Source: Thermoplasmata archaeon
GTDB taxonomy: Archaea; Thermoplasmatota; Thermoplasmata; Lutacidiplasmatales; UBA184
Reading direction: 5' to 3'
Length of the DNA: 64,000 nucleotides
Assembly (NCBI GenBank): GCA_035504595.1
Contig: DATJRQ010000004.1
Location: 33,613-97,612 of the forward strand
Below, piece after piece: positions 51,785 to 60,144 of the stretch; the first letter of the stretch is position 1; each line of letters opens with the position of its first letter. The notes under the pieces are model-generated. The model was not told the DNA's origin. It ran no database searches and was given only the letters and a program-made list of their open reading frames with translations. The position numbers were made by a program, and so were the translations under genes.

Positions 51785-52894
51785 ATGCCGCAGTCTCAGG
51801 TTCGAACCGCGCGGTCTCGCGACCGGGCGGCCCACCCGCCGCCGTCCGTCGCCATCCTCGATGCGGCGTTTCATCGGGCCTCGCTCGCAACGCCGCACGG
51901 GGATACCAAGGCCGCCCGCGACCGACTGCGCGCGAAACTGAAGATCGTCCGCAGCGCCGCGACAATCGTCCGCCACCTTCGCCTCGAGTCGCGACGATTC
52001 GGGAAACCCGGCCTCACCGATTTTGAGGAGGCCCTGGTCGCCGGTGCGTTCGGGGACGGCGTCCTCGACCGGGCCCTCGTGCGCGTGCGGCGCGCCGAAG
52101 AGCGGATCCGAGGGCTAGCGCGCGACGCCGAACGCGCAAACGCCCGCGCCTCCGGATCCGAGGAGCTCGGTGACCAGATCCGAGCGTTCTACGGCCGGAT
52201 ATCGAGCTTCGTGCGAGAGGTCGACGGGGACATCGAGAAGCTGCGGGCGATCACCCGGTTCCTCCGCGACCGACCGCGGCTCGACCCTTCCGCGCCGACC
52301 CTGGTCGTGGCCGGTTTCCCGAACGTGGGGAAATCGTCGCTGGTGGCGAAGCTCTCGACGGCCCGCCCGAAGATCGCCGATTATCCGTTCACGACGCTCT
52401 CGATCGCCGTGGGCCACGCCGACCTCGGGTTCGACCGATTGCAGGTGCTGGATACGCCCGGGGTGCTCGGACGCGCAAATCGCGCGAACCCGGCGGAGGA
52501 GGAGGCGACCACGGCGGTGGAGCGCGCGGCCACGGTCGTACTGTTCGTCATCGACCCGACCGGTGCGTCAGGATACTCGCTCGAGGAGCAGGAGGCGCTC
52601 CTCGCCCGATGGCATGAGGAGTACCCGAACGTGCCGATCGTCGATGTCGAAACGAAGTCGGACCTGCACGAGCGAGGGACCGATCGCCTGCGCGTCTCCT
52701 CGGTCACCGGGAACGGGGTGGACGAGCTGTGGGAGCGTCTCCGGGGGCTGATGCAACCGCGCGGCGAGCTTCCGCCGATGCAGAATGCGGTCGAAGAATT
52801 CGACCCTTCCGTGGAACCCGACGTGCCGGCCGCCCCGGACACGCCGCGGGGAAGGCGGCGGCGTCCGACCCGGCGCGAGCGTGGTCCGGATTGA
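51785..52894 (+). CDS. Nog1-family GTPase
   Basis: A Nog1-type N-terminal helical domain is followed by G1 GFPNVGKSS, G3 DTPG and G4 TKSD. Confidence 0.85.
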   Translation: MPQSQVRTARSRDRAAHPPPSVAILDAAFHRASLATPHGDTKAARDRLRAKLKIVRSAATIVRHLRLESRRFGKPGLTDFEEALVAGAFGDGVLDRALVRVRRAEERIRGLARDAERANARASGSEELGDQIRAFYGRISSFVREVDGDIEKLRAITRFLRDRPRLDPSAPTLVVAGFPNVGKSSLVAKLSTARPKIADYPFTTLSIAVGHADLGFDRLQVLDTPGVLGRANRANPAEEEATTAVERAATVVLFVIDPTGASGYSLEEQEALLARWHEEYPNVPIVDVETKSDLHERGTDRLRVSSVTGNGVDELWERLRGLMQPRGELPPMQNAVEEFDPSVEPDVPAAPDTPRGRRRRPTRRERGPD

Positions 52895-52904
52895 CCCGCG
52901 GGGC

Positions 52905-54137
52905 CTAGAGCGCGAAAACCTTGCCGTTGTCCGGCGTCAGCACGTTCAGCCCCTGCGGGAGCGCCTGCTTGAGCAGTTCCCGCCGATCCCCGTGCATGAG
53001 CACTACGGTCTCCGCGCGCGTCCGTTCGATGAACCGGACCAGGTCGGAGTGGCCCGCGTGCGCGGAGAAGTCGAACTTCTCGATGTCGCATACCGGTCGG
53101 ATCGTCATTTCGTCGATCGTGAGCGTCCCCTCGTCCATGAGCTGGCGTCCGTTCGACCCGTCGACCTGGTAGCCGGTGAGGAAGATCGAGTTCCGCGGGT
53201 CCCGGTACATCTCTCCGATGTAGAAGAGGACCGGACCGCCGTCGAGCATCCCTCCGGTCGTTACGATGACGTCCGCTTCCCGGATCGCCTTCTTCCGGTC
53301 GCCCGGCGCCTCCACGATGTGGACGCGTTCGATCGCCCGGCGGAAGCGGCGAGCGTCGGCGAGATATTCCGGGGCGCTGAGGTAGATCTGGTTGACCTTT
53401 CGGGCCATTCCGTCGAGGTAGGTCTCGAACCCGGCCCCATCCAGGGCCATCAGGACCTCCTGCGCTCGACCGACGGCGAAGGCCGGGACGATCACCTTGC
53501 CTCCGCGCTCGATCGTTCCCTGTACCCGGGCGCGGAACCGCTTCTCGGTCTCCTTCCGGTCCGGGTGCTCCCGGCCGGCATAGGTGGATTCGATCACGAG
53601 CACGTCGCACTCGACCGCTTCGGCGCCGCCCACCAAGTGGGTGCCGACCGTTTGAAGGTCGCCCGTGAACAGCACGTCCTTCGCCCCCTTGTACAACATC
53701 ATCGAGGCGCCCGGAATGTGGCCCGCGCTCGCCATCTGCACCTCGATTCCCTTGTGCCGGAACGTCGCGTGACGGTCGACGGCGGTGAATCGTGCGCTTG
53801 CCGCGTGGATGTCGGACGCGGTGAACGCGGGCAGGTATCCTTCGAGCCGCGCGATCTTGAGAGCGTCGCGGGTGAGCAGGTCGGCGACCGCGATCGTGAC
53901 CGGGGTCGCGACCAGGCGGGCGCGCGGAAGGCGGCTCAGCACCGGGGTCATCCCCGAGTGGTCCAGGTGGGCGTGCGAAAGGAAGGCGACATCGATGTTC
54001 GTCGGGGCGGGCCGGGGGTAGGTCGGGGGGTCGGTCGGGGTCATTCCGTAGTCGAAGAGGAGCGTCCGGCCCTGGTCGCGAACGACCAGGCCGAGCGACC
54101 CGATCTCCGAGGCGCCCCCGAGGAACTGGAACTCCAT
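52905..54137 (-). CDS. beta-CASP / metallo-beta-lactamase-fold ribonuclease (archaeal CPSF-like, short form)
   Basis: The ATG at 54135-54137 gives MEFQFLGGASEIG. Motifs are HAHLDHSG and ESTYAG plus beta-CASP motifs and a C-terminal HGD. Confidence 0.85.
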   Translation of the reverse strand: MEFQFLGGASEIGSLGLVVRDQGRTLLFDYGMTPTDPPTYPRPAPTNIDVAFLSHAHLDHSGMTPVLSRLPRARLVATPVTIAVADLLTRDALKIARLEGYLPAFTASDIHAASARFTAVDRHATFRHKGIEVQMASAGHIPGASMMLYKGAKDVLFTGDLQTVGTHLVGGAEAVECDVLVIESTYAGREHPDRKETEKRFRARVQGTIERGGKVIVPAFAVGRAQEVLMALDGAGFETYLDGMARKVNQIYLSAPEYLADARRFRRAIERVHIVEAPGDRKKAIREADVIVTTGGMLDGGPVLFYIGEMYRDPRNSIFLTGYQVDGSNGRQLMDEGTLTIDEMTIRPVCDIEKFDFSAHAGHSDLVRFIERTRAETVVLMHGDRRELLKQALPQGLNVLTPDNGKVFAL

Positions 54138-54234
54138 CGACGGGCCCAAGGACCCGTCCAGATAACATCATGCCGGTAGCGGGGGCTCCGGTCGGCGAAG
54201 AAGCCGTCATTAATCCGGCCCCTGTCCCCGGCCC

Positions 54235-55041
54235 GTGCTCGAGTCGCCGCGGGAGCTTGAGACGCTCTACCGGATCAGCGTCGCCGTGCATCGCGCGGTC
54301 CGGGACGCCCAGAGCTCCCCCCACCGCGGGGACGTCGTCGCGATGGGCGCCAGCGGAACCCCGACCGAGGAGATGGATCGCCTCGCGGAGTCGGAGATCC
54401 TGCGTTTCCTCGACGCGGAGAAGATCCCATGGGACCTGGTCTCGGAGGAGGTCGGTCATGTCGCCCGCGGCGGCGAACGGACCCTCGTGGTCGACCCCAT
54501 CGACGGGAGCCACAACGCGCTCCGGGGGCAGCCGATCTTCACCGTGTCGCTCGCGCTCGGGCGGACCGACCTCGGTGGGGTCGACGCCGCGCTCGTGCGG
54601 GACCTGCACCACGGGACGACCTGGTGGGCGACCCGCGGCGGTGGTGCCTACTGCGACGGCCGGCCGATCCGCACGCGCCGATGGGACCCCCGCACGGAGA
54701 TGCTGATGGTGAACCTCGGCCGGCACGCGACCGAGCGGGCGACACGGCTTGCGGGAAAGGTTCGCCGCGTGCGCTCGTTCGGCTGCGCATCCCAGGAGAT
54801 CGTGCTGGTCGCGCAGGGGAGCGCCGACGGCTACTTCTTCGAGAACACCCCCGACGGCCGCAATCTTCGGGCGACGGACATCGCGGCCGCCTACCGCATC
54901 CTGCTCGAAGCGGGCGGCGGGATGACCGACGCCGCCGGGGTACCGCTCGAGACGTTCCCCCTGAAACTCGAGCGCCGCACGAGCGTCCTCGCCTGGGGCG
55001 ACGGCGGTTTCCGCACCGGGGCGCTGGGGGGGTACCTCTGA
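54235..55041 (+). CDS. inositol monophosphatase-family phosphatase (candidate NADP phosphatase / FBPase-IMPase)
   Basis: Motifs are SEE, VVDPIDGSHN and the typical IMPase layout. GTG start. Ends TGA at 55039-55041, directly after a G7 run. Confidence 0.85.
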   Translation: MLESPRELETLYRISVAVHRAVRDAQSSPHRGDVVAMGASGTPTEEMDRLAESEILRFLDAEKIPWDLVSEEVGHVARGGERTLVVDPIDGSHNALRGQPIFTVSLALGRTDLGGVDAALVRDLHHGTTWWATRGGGAYCDGRPIRTRRWDPRTEMLMVNLGRHATERATRLAGKVRRVRSFGCASQEIVLVAQGSADGYFFENTPDGRNLRATDIAAAYRILLEAGGGMTDAAGVPLETFPLKLERRTSVLAWGDGGFRTGALGGYL

Positions 55042-55061
55042 GGATCGGCGTCACGGCCCAT

Positions 55062-55916
55062 ATGGGCAAGCCCAAGGCCGGCGACCTTGCGAGCGAACTG
55101 CTCCGGCAAGTGGGCGACCGCGCGGAGGTGATCCTCTCCGACGAGGTCGCCTCCGTGGACCGGGCCCGCCCGCACGCCCCGATCGAGCAGCTTCGCTGCG
55201 ACGTGCTGGTCGCCATCGGGGGTGACGGGACGTTCCTCCACGCGCTCCGCCGCTCGAACGTCCCGCTCCTCCCCATCAACGCCGGCACGGTCGGGGTCCT
55301 CGCCGAGGTGGAGGCGCGCCGCCCCAAGGAGTTCGAAGCGGCGATCGACCGGCTCCTTTCGGGGTTCTACTTCCTCGAGGATCGGATGAAACTCGCCGCC
55401 CAGGTCGGTGAACGCCCGCTCGCCGACGCCACGAACGAGTTCGTCGTGCACTCCAGCGCCGTGGCGAAGATGGGTGTTTTCGAGCTGGCGTTCGACGGCC
55501 ACGTCGCGGGCCGGTTGCGAGCGGACGGATTGATCGTAGCGAGCCCGACCGGGTCGACCGCCTACTCGTTGAGTTCGCGAGGACCGATCGTCGACAGTTC
55601 CATTGACGCCCTCGTCGTCACCGCGATCGCGCCGTTCCGGACCGACCCGCGCGCGCTGGTCCTCGAGCCAATGCGGACCGTCCGGCTTCGGCCGGTCGAG
55701 GCGTCGCCCGGGGCGGTCGTGGTCGCGGACGGCGAAGAGGAGCACCGGCTCTCGCCGTCCACCCCGGTGACGATCTATCGGTCCCCGCGGCGCGCGGTGC
55801 TGGTCCGATTCGGGTCGCGATTCTTCCAGCGGCTCCGGGGAAAGCGGATCCTCCCCTGGTCCGAGGAGTTCGCCGAGGAGGGGCCGACGTTTGCCGATCT
55901 TCCGCCCCCAACGTAA
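55062..55916 (+). CDS. nadK: NAD kinase (N-terminus uncertain, see findings)
   Basis: Motifs are IGGDGTFLHA, NEFVV and ASPTGSTAYSLS. The first ATG is 55062, but the conserved first strand LRIGVTAH is encoded upstream of it (55038-55061) with no ATG/GTG/TTG available. Confidence 0.85.
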   Translation: MGKPKAGDLASELLRQVGDRAEVILSDEVASVDRARPHAPIEQLRCDVLVAIGGDGTFLHALRRSNVPLLPINAGTVGVLAEVEARRPKEFEAAIDRLLSGFYFLEDRMKLAAQVGERPLADATNEFVVHSSAVAKMGVFELAFDGHVAGRLRADGLIVASPTGSTAYSLSSRGPIVDSSIDALVVTAIAPFRTDPRALVLEPMRTVRLRPVEASPGAVVVADGEEEHRLSPSTPVTIYRSPRRAVLVRFGSRFFQRLRGKRILPWSEEFAEEGPTFADLPPPT

Positions 55917-56430
55917 GCGACCGCCGGGCGCCGCCAAGCTCGGTGACACGCCGACGGCCATCACGCGACGGGCGCTCGAGAGCGCCCTCGCGAGCGCCCG
56001 CTCCTCCTACCCCAACGAGTTCGGCGGGGTGCTGCGCGCCGACCCTCCCGGCGTGATCAGCGAACTCCTGCTGGTTCCCGGAACGACCGCGGGTCGACGC
56101 CACGCCAACTTCCAGTTGTGGATGCTCCACGCGGACATCTCGGTCGCCGGGACCGTCCACTCCCACCCTTCGGGCGCCCTCCGGCCGTCGGACGCGGACC
56201 TCCGCCTGTTCCGCAGCTGGGGGCGACGCCACCTGATCCTCGGCCACCCGTACACCCCGGGAATGTGGCGCGCCTACGACGGGAACGGGCGCGAGACGAC
56301 GCTCAAGGTCGTCGAGACACCGCGCGGGGCGTACGATGCGCCGCCGTCGCGGTACGGCGCGACGCCCCCGCGGGTCGCGACCCCTCGAGCGGCGAGCGTC
56401 GACGCCGAGTTCCTCGACGACGAAGCGTGA
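55891..56430 (+). CDS. JAB/MPN-domain (JAMM) metalloprotease
   Basis: Motifs are NEFGG (Glu) and HSHPSGALRPSDAD (HxHx7Sx2D). The only available start is TTG 55891, which overlaps the nadK end by 26 nt. Confidence 0.75.
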   Translation: MPIFRPQRKRPPGAAKLGDTPTAITRRALESALASARSSYPNEFGGVLRADPPGVISELLLVPGTTAGRRHANFQLWMLHADISVAGTVHSHPSGALRPSDADLRLFRSWGRRHLILGHPYTPGMWRAYDGNGRETTLKVVETPRGAYDAPPSRYGATPPRVATPRAASVDAEFLDDEA

Positions 56431-56439
56431 GCCCCGGGC

Positions 56440-58032
56440 TCACTCGCGGACCGGGATCGTCGGCACCGGCAACCGGTCGGGGTACCGGTTCGGGTCCGCC
56501 ATTTCGCGTCCCTGACGGACCGCCGGGCTGTAGAGGCCGTTCATTTTCGCGACCCCCTCGAGGAAGTTGATGAACCCGCGGAACGCGCTGCGGTAGAGCC
56601 GCGTGTGGTTCCCTTCCCAGTCGAAGAAGTCGTTCAGCAGGCCGCGCGATTGGCGGAGGCCGTGCGTGAGCGCGCGCTTCAGGAGCTCCTCCTGGAGCGG
56701 GGAGAGGCGGTCGCGCCGGAACCAGTCCCGAGACTTGAGGTGCCCCAGCGGGACGAAGAACATCGGGACGAGGATCGCCTTGAAGTCCCACAGGTCGTCG
56801 ATGAGGTCGATCGTCTTGGCGACGTCGTCCTCCGTCTCCTGGGGCAGGCCGACGATGAACGTGCACGCCGGATACACCTTGTTGTCGTTCATCAGGCCGG
56901 CGGCCTGGACAACGAGCTCGGGCCACTGGGACGCCTTGAACGGTGCGACCTTGCCCGGCATCGCGGCGGTGATCATCCGGGGCGAGCCGGTCTCCACGCC
57001 GACCTCGACGCCCCACCAGTCCTGCTTCTCGTCGAGGAGGACCTCGCCGCACTTCTGGAGGAGCTTCGGTTTCGTCATCAGCGACGCGATCGCCACGTGG
57101 CTCCATCCGACCTGCGCGTAGTACTTCTTCGCGAGCTTCAGGAGCGGGATCAGCTTCTCCTCGTGGGGCATGACGTTCGGGCTGCCGTAGAAGTAGACGT
57201 CGTCGGAGTGCAGGAGTCCCTTCTTGACCCCGATCTTTGCGTTGACCTTGAGCTCCTCCTCGATCTTGTCGAGGGGGTACCAGCGCGTCGGGCGGGTCGT
57301 CACGGAGCAGAACGAGCATCCGCGGCAGCATCCCCGGCCGATCTCGATGAGGCCGTTGACGCTCGGGAACCGGATCGAGGAGATCTGCTCGACCTTGGGC
57401 GCCTCCTTCGCGCTCATCACGACGTGCGGGGGCAGGAACTCGTCGTGAAGGGCCTTCTGGACGATCTCGCGCACGAAGATGTCGCTCTCGCCTTCGACGA
57501 CGGTGTCGATGCCGCCGATCGAGTCGAGGAACTCCTGGATGAACGGAAGCTTCATCCGCGTCGCCGGAGAGAGCTGCCAGGCGCACGGCCCGCCCGCGAT
57601 GATCTTGAGACCCTGCTTCCGGGCCTCGACGACCGCGGGTTGGCTGAGCATCCGCTTGAAGTTCACCGAGTTGAGCGGCTCCTTTTTCATCACGCCGCCG
57701 AACGTCGAGCTGGGCGGGTTGAGGCCGAAGTAGTCGTGGCCCGACACGAGGAGCACCTTCGCCTGGCCCGGCATGTAGCGATCCAGGTAGGACGGGTGGA
57801 CGATGCGGGCATCGAACCCCGCATCCATGAGCGACGCTTCGATCTTCCGCATCCCATACGGGGCCTGCTGCGGATATCCGTTCTCGTCGACCTTCATGGT
57901 CGGGTAGAACATCTTCTGGTACACCGCTTCGGGGAAGACGTAGGCCGGGGTGGTCGTGCCGAACCCCAGGAATTCCTTCCCGTGGTGATTGCTCATCATC
58001 GTCCAATCGCAGGTGATCACAACTTCCGGCAT
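56440..58032 (-). CDS. radical SAM protein with an N-terminal B12-binding-like domain (class B-like)
   Basis: 530 aa. A Rossmann-like N-terminal half is followed by GRGCCRGCSFCSV (CxxxCxxC). GGGAGG lies 4 nt before the ATG as a Shine-Dalgarno-like element. Confidence 0.85.
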   Translation of the reverse strand: MPEVVITCDWTMMSNHHGKEFLGFGTTTPAYVFPEAVYQKMFYPTMKVDENGYPQQAPYGMRKIEASLMDAGFDARIVHPSYLDRYMPGQAKVLLVSGHDYFGLNPPSSTFGGVMKKEPLNSVNFKRMLSQPAVVEARKQGLKIIAGGPCAWQLSPATRMKLPFIQEFLDSIGGIDTVVEGESDIFVREIVQKALHDEFLPPHVVMSAKEAPKVEQISSIRFPSVNGLIEIGRGCCRGCSFCSVTTRPTRWYPLDKIEEELKVNAKIGVKKGLLHSDDVYFYGSPNVMPHEEKLIPLLKLAKKYYAQVGWSHVAIASLMTKPKLLQKCGEVLLDEKQDWWGVEVGVETGSPRMITAAMPGKVAPFKASQWPELVVQAAGLMNDNKVYPACTFIVGLPQETEDDVAKTIDLIDDLWDFKAILVPMFFVPLGHLKSRDWFRRDRLSPLQEELLKRALTHGLRQSRGLLNDFFDWEGNHTRLYRSAFRGFINFLEGVAKMNGLYSPAVRQGREMADPNRYPDRLPVPTIPVRE

Positions 58033-58152
58033 GGAGCCTCCCTTGAACGGTAGCCAATTCGGCTGCGTCGGGGACCACCGCCCCCCCTTTTTAGGGTTGC
58101 GAAGCGCCGGTCGCGACAGTTCACTGGGTAAACTGCTGGCCCGCGGGAGAGT

Positions 58153-58413
58153 TCACTCGAAGTCGGCCTCGTCGTCGTCGCGGGGGAGCACGCCGTCGAG
58201 CGACTCGCTGCTCTCCTCGCTGCTTTCGGAGCCGTCCCCCGTCTCCCGGAACGCCGGGTCCCGTTGGAGGAGATGGATCCGGACGCAGTCCCGATGAGCC
58301 GGACTTCCGTTCCAGGAACTCGTCTCGTCCGGAGCCCCGAGCGGTTCCTTGCAGAGCGTACAGATCTCGGGGGGCGGGCTGATCCACGAGATACGGCGGG
58401 CTGGCGCGTTCAT
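58153..58413 (-). CDS. small CxxC...HxxC zinc-finger-like protein with an acidic Ser/Glu/Asp tail (86 aa)
   Basis: Starts at the inner ATG (58411-58413) of track ORF 58153..59454, giving MNAPARRISWISPPPEICTLCKEP...AHRDCVRIHLL...SESSEESSESLDGVLPRDDDEADFE. The rest of the track ORF is shadow sequence antisense to the CBS gene. Confidence 0.5.
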   Translation of the reverse strand: MNAPARRISWISPPPEICTLCKEPLGAPDETSSWNGSPAHRDCVRIHLLQRDPAFRETGDGSESSEESSESLDGVLPRDDDEADFE

Positions 58414-58524
58414 GGCCGTAGGTACCGATGGGCGTCCCCGTCCTTTAGTTTTCGGCAACCACGGTACCTGCCTGACGCGGCGTCCCAAGCTCCATAACCC
58501 GGTCCGGCCGTTCGGGTCGCGGCG

Positions 58525-59103
58525 ATGGACGCGCTGACCGAGATCCGCAAGCGCCGGCTCGCGCTGGGCATTTCGCTCGGCGAACTCGCGCGGGCCGTCG
58601 GGCGGAGCGACGCGACCCTGTCCCGGATCGAGCGGGGTCGCATTCGGCCCTCGTACGAGCTCGTTCAGCAGATCCTCGGCTTCCTGGAGCAGCAGGAGGC
58701 GTTCGCGGCCCCTCGGCTGACGGTGGCCGACGTCATGAACCGTTCCCTCGTGACCGTCGAGTCGTCCGCTACCCTTGCCACGGCGGCCCAGCGGCTCGAG
58801 GGCGGGGCGTTCTCCCAGCTGCCCGTCGTCGACGGAGGCCGGGTGGTCGGCTCGCTTTCCGAGTCGGCCCTCCTCCGCGCGCTCGCCCAGCCGACCTCGC
58901 GACGCGCCCGCGTGGGGGACGTGATGGAAGTCGCGTACCCGGTCGTCGATCCGAGCTTCCCCGCCGACCTCCTCCCGGGCCTGCTGGGGCGGTACTCGGC
59001 CGTTCTCGTCTCCCGGCGCGGCGAGCTGCAGGGGATCGCCACCAAGGCCGATCTGATCCGCGGGCTCCGGGGGACGCCCCTGCGGCGGCGCGCCGAGGGC
59101 TAG
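58525..59103 (+). CDS. XRE-type HTH domain fused to a CBS-domain pair
   Basis: The HTH is RKRRLALGISLGELARAVGRSDATLSRIERG. Two CBS motifs follow (VADVMNRSLVTV..., VGDVMEVAYPVV...). Confidence 0.85.
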   Translation: MDALTEIRKRRLALGISLGELARAVGRSDATLSRIERGRIRPSYELVQQILGFLEQQEAFAAPRLTVADVMNRSLVTVESSATLATAAQRLEGGAFSQLPVVDGGRVVGSLSESALLRALAQPTSRRARVGDVMEVAYPVVDPSFPADLLPGLLGRYSAVLVSRRGELQGIATKADLIRGLRGTPLRRRAEG

Positions 59104-60053
59104 CGGCGCCGGTTCGACGTTCGGGCGGCGGCGAGCACCGATTCGACCGCGAGCTCCGCCGCGCGCATTCCCAAGCGATCGGCGAGCTCGCCCGGGCGGC
59201 GCTCCCGGGGTCGAGCGCGCCGCGCCGTGGCGGCCGCAAAGACGACATCGCCGTCCGTCGAGCTGTGGAACGGGCGAATCGCCGACGCGAGGCCGGTGTG
59301 CACCATCGCCGCGACGCGCCCGAGCGTCGGCCGGTCGACATCGGCTTCCGTGACCACGATCGCGAGGGTCGTCGAGGTGGATCGTAACGGATGCAGTCGG
59401 CCGCTGTCGGGTGGAACGATACCGCCGCGAGGTCCGCGCGCGCCGGCGACCCACCGACCGCTCGCCGGGTCTCGGACCGCGCCGACGGCGTTCACCGCGA
59501 CCAGCGCCCCGAGCGCGCCGGTGCTAGCGTCCCGGCTCCCGACCGAGCCGACCCCCCCGCGCATCCCCCACTTCCGGCCGCGGTACTTGCCCACGGTGGC
59601 CCCCGCGCCCGCTCCGAATCGCCCCGATCGCACCGGGGCCCGGTCGGCCCGCCGCGCCGCTTCGTACCCGAGTGGCAGGTAGTCGGGGATCGGCCCAGCC
59701 TCGCTCGGAAGGTCGAACAGGGCCGCGCCCGAGATCTGCGCGATCGGATTCGGGTTCCGAAACACTCCGGAACCCCCGCCGGTCTCGAGGATGCGCGTGC
59801 GAACGCCGCGGGCGGCGTCCAGACCGTAGAGGCTCCCTCCGGCGAAGAAGAGCGCCCATCGTCGGCCGAACGTCGCATCGAGCGAGAGCGATGCGGTGTC
59901 GTAGGTGGCCGACGCACCTCCGCGAACGTCCACGACCGTAGCGGCGGGTGTGTCGAACAGGACGACCGAGACACCGCTCGTTCCGTCGGGGGTTTCGACC
60001 TGGCCGACGCGTACGCCGGGAACGAGCGTCAGCGTCCGGGCGGGCGTCGGCAC
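59100..60053 (-). CDS. P1/S58-family peptidase (DmpA/L-aminopeptidase-like, Ntn fold)
   Basis: 317 aa. Family-typical blocks are GVRVGQVE..., GVSVVLF, GGSLYGLDAA and NAVGAV. Confidence 0.8.
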   Translation of the reverse strand: MPTPARTLTLVPGVRVGQVETPDGTSGVSVVLFDTPAATVVDVRGGASATYDTASLSLDATFGRRWALFFAGGSLYGLDAARGVRTRILETGGGSGVFRNPNPIAQISGAALFDLPSEAGPIPDYLPLGYEAARRADRAPVRSGRFGAGAGATVGKYRGRKWGMRGGVGSVGSRDASTGALGALVAVNAVGAVRDPASGRWVAGARGPRGGIVPPDSGRLHPLRSTSTTLAIVVTEADVDRPTLGRVAAMVHTGLASAIRPFHSSTDGDVVFAAATARRARPRERRPGELADRLGMRAAELAVESVLAAARTSNRRR

Positions 60054-60144
60054 GGGGGCTCCAAGCGCTCCCGGGTTAAGCCGTGGTGGGGTTCGTGTTA
60101 GTGAAGCGGGGCACTTTATCTACGGAGCGCCTTCGAGAAACCCG

